Shown: positions 61,254-64,000 of the stretch, piece by piece
Numbering within the stretch: the stretch's first letter is position 1
Layout: every line of letters starts with the position of its first letter
Assembly (NCBI GenBank): GCA_963751345.1
Contig: CAVVUS010000013.1
Span: 64,001 to 128,000 of the forward strand
DNA length: 64,000 nucleotides
Reading direction: 5' to 3'
DNA from: an uncultured Chloroflexia bacterium
Lineage (GTDB): Bacteria > Chloroflexota > Anaerolineae > B4-G1 > SLSP01
The notes under the pieces: generated by a model
The model's input: the letters and a program-made list of their open reading frames with translations, nothing else
Told to the model about the DNA's origin: nothing
The model's database searches: none
Program-made: the position numbers and the translations under genes

Positions 61254-61350
61254 TGTAGAGACGTGGCGGTGCCACGTCTCCGGCGGGACAAGCTCCGGAC
61301 ACCGGACCTTGTGACGTCGCAGAGAGACGACCCGGCAGGTCGTCTCTACA
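61254..61350. repeat. REPIN-like element TGTAGAGACG...CGTCTCTACA
   Basis: Terminal 10-bp inverted repeat containing GTAG; each end forms its own hairpin (GAGACGTGGC/GCCACGTCTC; AGACGACC/GGTCGTCT). Confidence 0.75.
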
Positions 61351-61433
61351 TTCAAATAGCCAGCGGGCCGTCCGCGCGGTCGCGCAGATACGCTCGCCCC
61401 ATGGGCCCGGAGCGAGTCGAGATGGCTACGCCC

Positions 61434-63109
61434 TCACGACATAGGCCAGGCCGGGGCCAGCTCGTGGACGACGAGGGAGCGGACCGCAGCATCGCCACCC
61501 ACGGCGTAGATGCTCAGGCCATGCTTGTCAGCGGGCAAGATCACGCCGAGCGGCAGCGCCACCTGACCGTCGTTGCCGAAGATCTCGATCGAGGTGCGGT
61601 CGACGAGAATCTGCAGGCGGATGCAGCCATTGATCGCCGGCAAGGGCACCGTGCGTCCCTCACAGATCAGGGCAGCCCCGGCAACGTCATAGCGCACCGG
61701 GATGCCACGGATCTCGAGGCCGACCTCGCGCGCGGCGCCGACCGCGAGTCTCGGCGCGGATGTCGAAAAGCTCGCCCTTGACGCCCACCGGCACGGCGTC
61801 GCCATCCCGCAGGGACTGGTCCGGCCAGCACCGCGACTCCCGGTGCAGCCGCGCCACCTCGCGCACCGGCTCGCTGAAGAGCCGCACACCCTCGGGCGTC
61901 GTGCGCAGCGTCAGCTCGCACGGGAAGGTCATCGACTGGTTGAAAGGCATGCCCGGTAGATCCACACGCAGCCACGCGATCTGGATTCGCCGCCCGTCGT
62001 CGTCCGGGATGTCGCTCCAGGTCTGGGCCGCGTACGCATCGCCGCCCCAATTGTAGCGGTGGATCTCCCCTTCGGGGGTGAAGGTCTCGCCGTCGAAGTC
62101 CCCGAGGACATAGCTGCCATCGGCGCCCCAGAAGAGCCAGCGCGAGTCCGCGGGGTTGCCGTCGACTGGCAGCTTGAAGATGTCGGGGCATTCTGTCGCC
62201 TCGCCGAGCGTGAGACTGTCAAGCTGCCGCCACGTCTTGAGGTCGGGCGAGCCAAAGAGCGCGTAGTCGTGACCGTCCAGGTAGAGGGCCATCACCCACT
62301 GCCCGCTCGGCGCGTGCCGGATGACTTTGGGATCGCGGTTGCTGCCGGCGATGTGCCCGAGCACCGGATTCCCGGCGTATTTGGTCAGCGTTCGTCCACC
62401 GTCCACGCTATAGGCGATGCTCTGGACGAAAGGGTCGCCCGCGCACGTGTAGATGCAGACCAGCGGGGGCCGGCTGCCCACCTGGAAGCCGGTCGTGTTC
62501 TCCCGATCGACGACGGCGGAGCCGGAGAACATGGTGCCGAGTTCGTCGGGGGCGAGAGCGTCTCCGAGCTCCTCCCAATGGACGAGATCGGGGCTCACAG
62601 CGTGTCCCCAATGCATATTGCCCCACTTCCAACCATAGGGGTTGTGCTGGTAGAAGAGGTGGTATTCGCCTTCGTAGAAGACAAGGCCGTTAGGATCGTT
62701 GTTCCACCCGCGCTGTGACGAGAAGTGGAACTGTGGACGGTAGGTCTCGTGGTAGAGGCCATCGGGGTCAACGGGCGTATCGGCTTGCGTCGCTGCACCC
62801 AGGAGCGATCCGGGATCCTCGACGTCGTCGATCGTCAGCGCGAGGTCGTGGCCAATCCATGGCCGGAGATCGACGGCTACCCAGAAATCGGGAGCCCCCT
62901 CGGCCAACTCGATGTCGAAGGCACGGACCTCCTCGCCTGCTACCGAATCTGCAGACGGGCTGGGAGAATCTGCGGGCCTGCAGACGAATCTGCAGGCGGG
63001 TCTGTAGGGGGCCTGCAGACGAGATCCGCACGCGCCGCATCGGCGCACCATTCTTGACGGGCAGCCGAAGGTAAGGTTCCGGCTGAGAAATGCGATACGT
63101 CCTGGTCAT
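61434..63109 (-). CDS. GH32 levanase/beta-fructofuranosidase; frameshifted
   Basis: YRPQFHF, WNNDPNG, WGHAVS, FSGS, RDPKV, ECPD, YAAQTW; C-terminal ILVDRTSIEIFGNDG. Confidence 0.92.
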
Positions 63110-63185
63110 GAGCGTCTCCTTGTCTCTTGATCCGTTCCCACGGGCCCGATGGCTGGATATCTTCCTGACAGGCCGGCGACGCCTG

Positions 63186-64000
63186 CTATCGCGCGCACCG
63201 GAACCCAAGGTACTTGCTGCGGGCGGCGGGAAAGGCTGCACCACGCATCGTTGCCCGTATGTTGGCCAAGTTGTACTGCCAGCTACCCCCGCGTATCACT
63301 TTGGTCGTTCCCTCCGCAGGGCCGGGAGGATTCTCCTCTGGCGAGAAGCCGTAGTAGCCTGCGGCATACCAATCGTTGACCCATTCCCAGACGTTGCCGG
63401 ACATATCCAGCGCCCCCACCCAGCTTGCCCCTTGTGGGAAGCTGCCGACCGGCGCGGTGGCGGGAAACTCATCGCCACACCAGTCCGCCGCGCAGTTCGC
63501 ATATCCCTGCAGCGGCTCATTGCCCCACGGGTATACATTTCCCTCGGGGCCACGGGCGGCGTATTCCCACTCCGCCTCTGTCGGCAGTCGCGCCCCTACC
63601 CATGCGCAGTACGCATCTGCATCGAACCAGGAGACGCCGGCAACCGGCTGCGTATCGCCGTTCAGTTGCCGGTCACCGGCGTAGTCCGATGCACTGCAAA
63701 CGCCCGCCGCGACGCACGGGTCGTACTCCGCGTTGGTGACCTCGGTCTGGTCCAGCCAGAACGCATCCAGGGTCACATCGTGCGCCGGACGCTGGTCGTC
63801 CGGCGCCGAGATCTCTGCCCATCGTGAACGTCCCGGCAGGCACATAGACCATCACCATCCCATCCTGGGTGCGCACCGTGCTCGAGATCACGTCGACCGC
63901 CGGCCCTGGGGATGGCGTCGGCGAGGGCGCGTTCCGTCCGAGACACCCTACCACTAGAAGCCCGATCGCTACGAGGGAACTCAGGATATAGAGCCGTCGA
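63186..64000 (-). CDS. FGE-sulfatase (SUMF1) domain lipoprotein; 5' end beyond window, frameshift near 63820
   Basis: VPAGTFTMG, TEVTN, RLPTEAEWEYAARG, DMSGNVWEW, RGGSW, GFRCA; lipobox VVGC. Confidence 0.9.

Overview
This is GC-rich bacterial DNA, most likely Chloroflexota/Anaerolineae (inferred from gene content: many GT-C glycosyltransferases, a YLPxV motif, a PHP-AlbA fusion). Many genes are split by single-base frameshifts, which looks like an unpolished long-read assembly, so coordinates of split genes are approximate. I found no rRNA, tRNA, CRISPR array or transposase. Layout: (1-8.5 kb) MASE3-PAS histidine kinase with a response regulator, PHP-Schlafen/AlbA_2 fusion, mog, nnr, fprA, EamA, lipoprotein. 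(8.8-28.5 kb) a 20-kb envelope glycosylation array: GT4, six ArnT/PMT-like GT-C enzymes, a YfhO-like protein, a glutamine amidotransferase and a secreted protein; several of these genes carry REP-like palindromes inside their coding sequence. (28.6-35 kb) ogt, peptidases, SRAP. (35.3-45.4 kb) a DUF4956 + VTC polyphosphate-polymerase domain + three CotH-family kinase locus, the best candidate for an uncharacterised extracytoplasmic phosphorylation system. (45.5-51 kb) a lower-GC islet, qor, and a DEAD-box helicase with a leader terminator. (51-61.2 kb) a pyruvyltransferase / fatty-acyl-reductase-acyl-CoA-ligase fusion / V4R-like / GMC oxidoreductase operon and a TAP-like hydrolase, both preceded by the same 42-bp promoter element, next to a deletion-decayed MalT-like LuxR gene. 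(61.4-64 kb) a GH32 gene and an FGE-domain lipoprotein.
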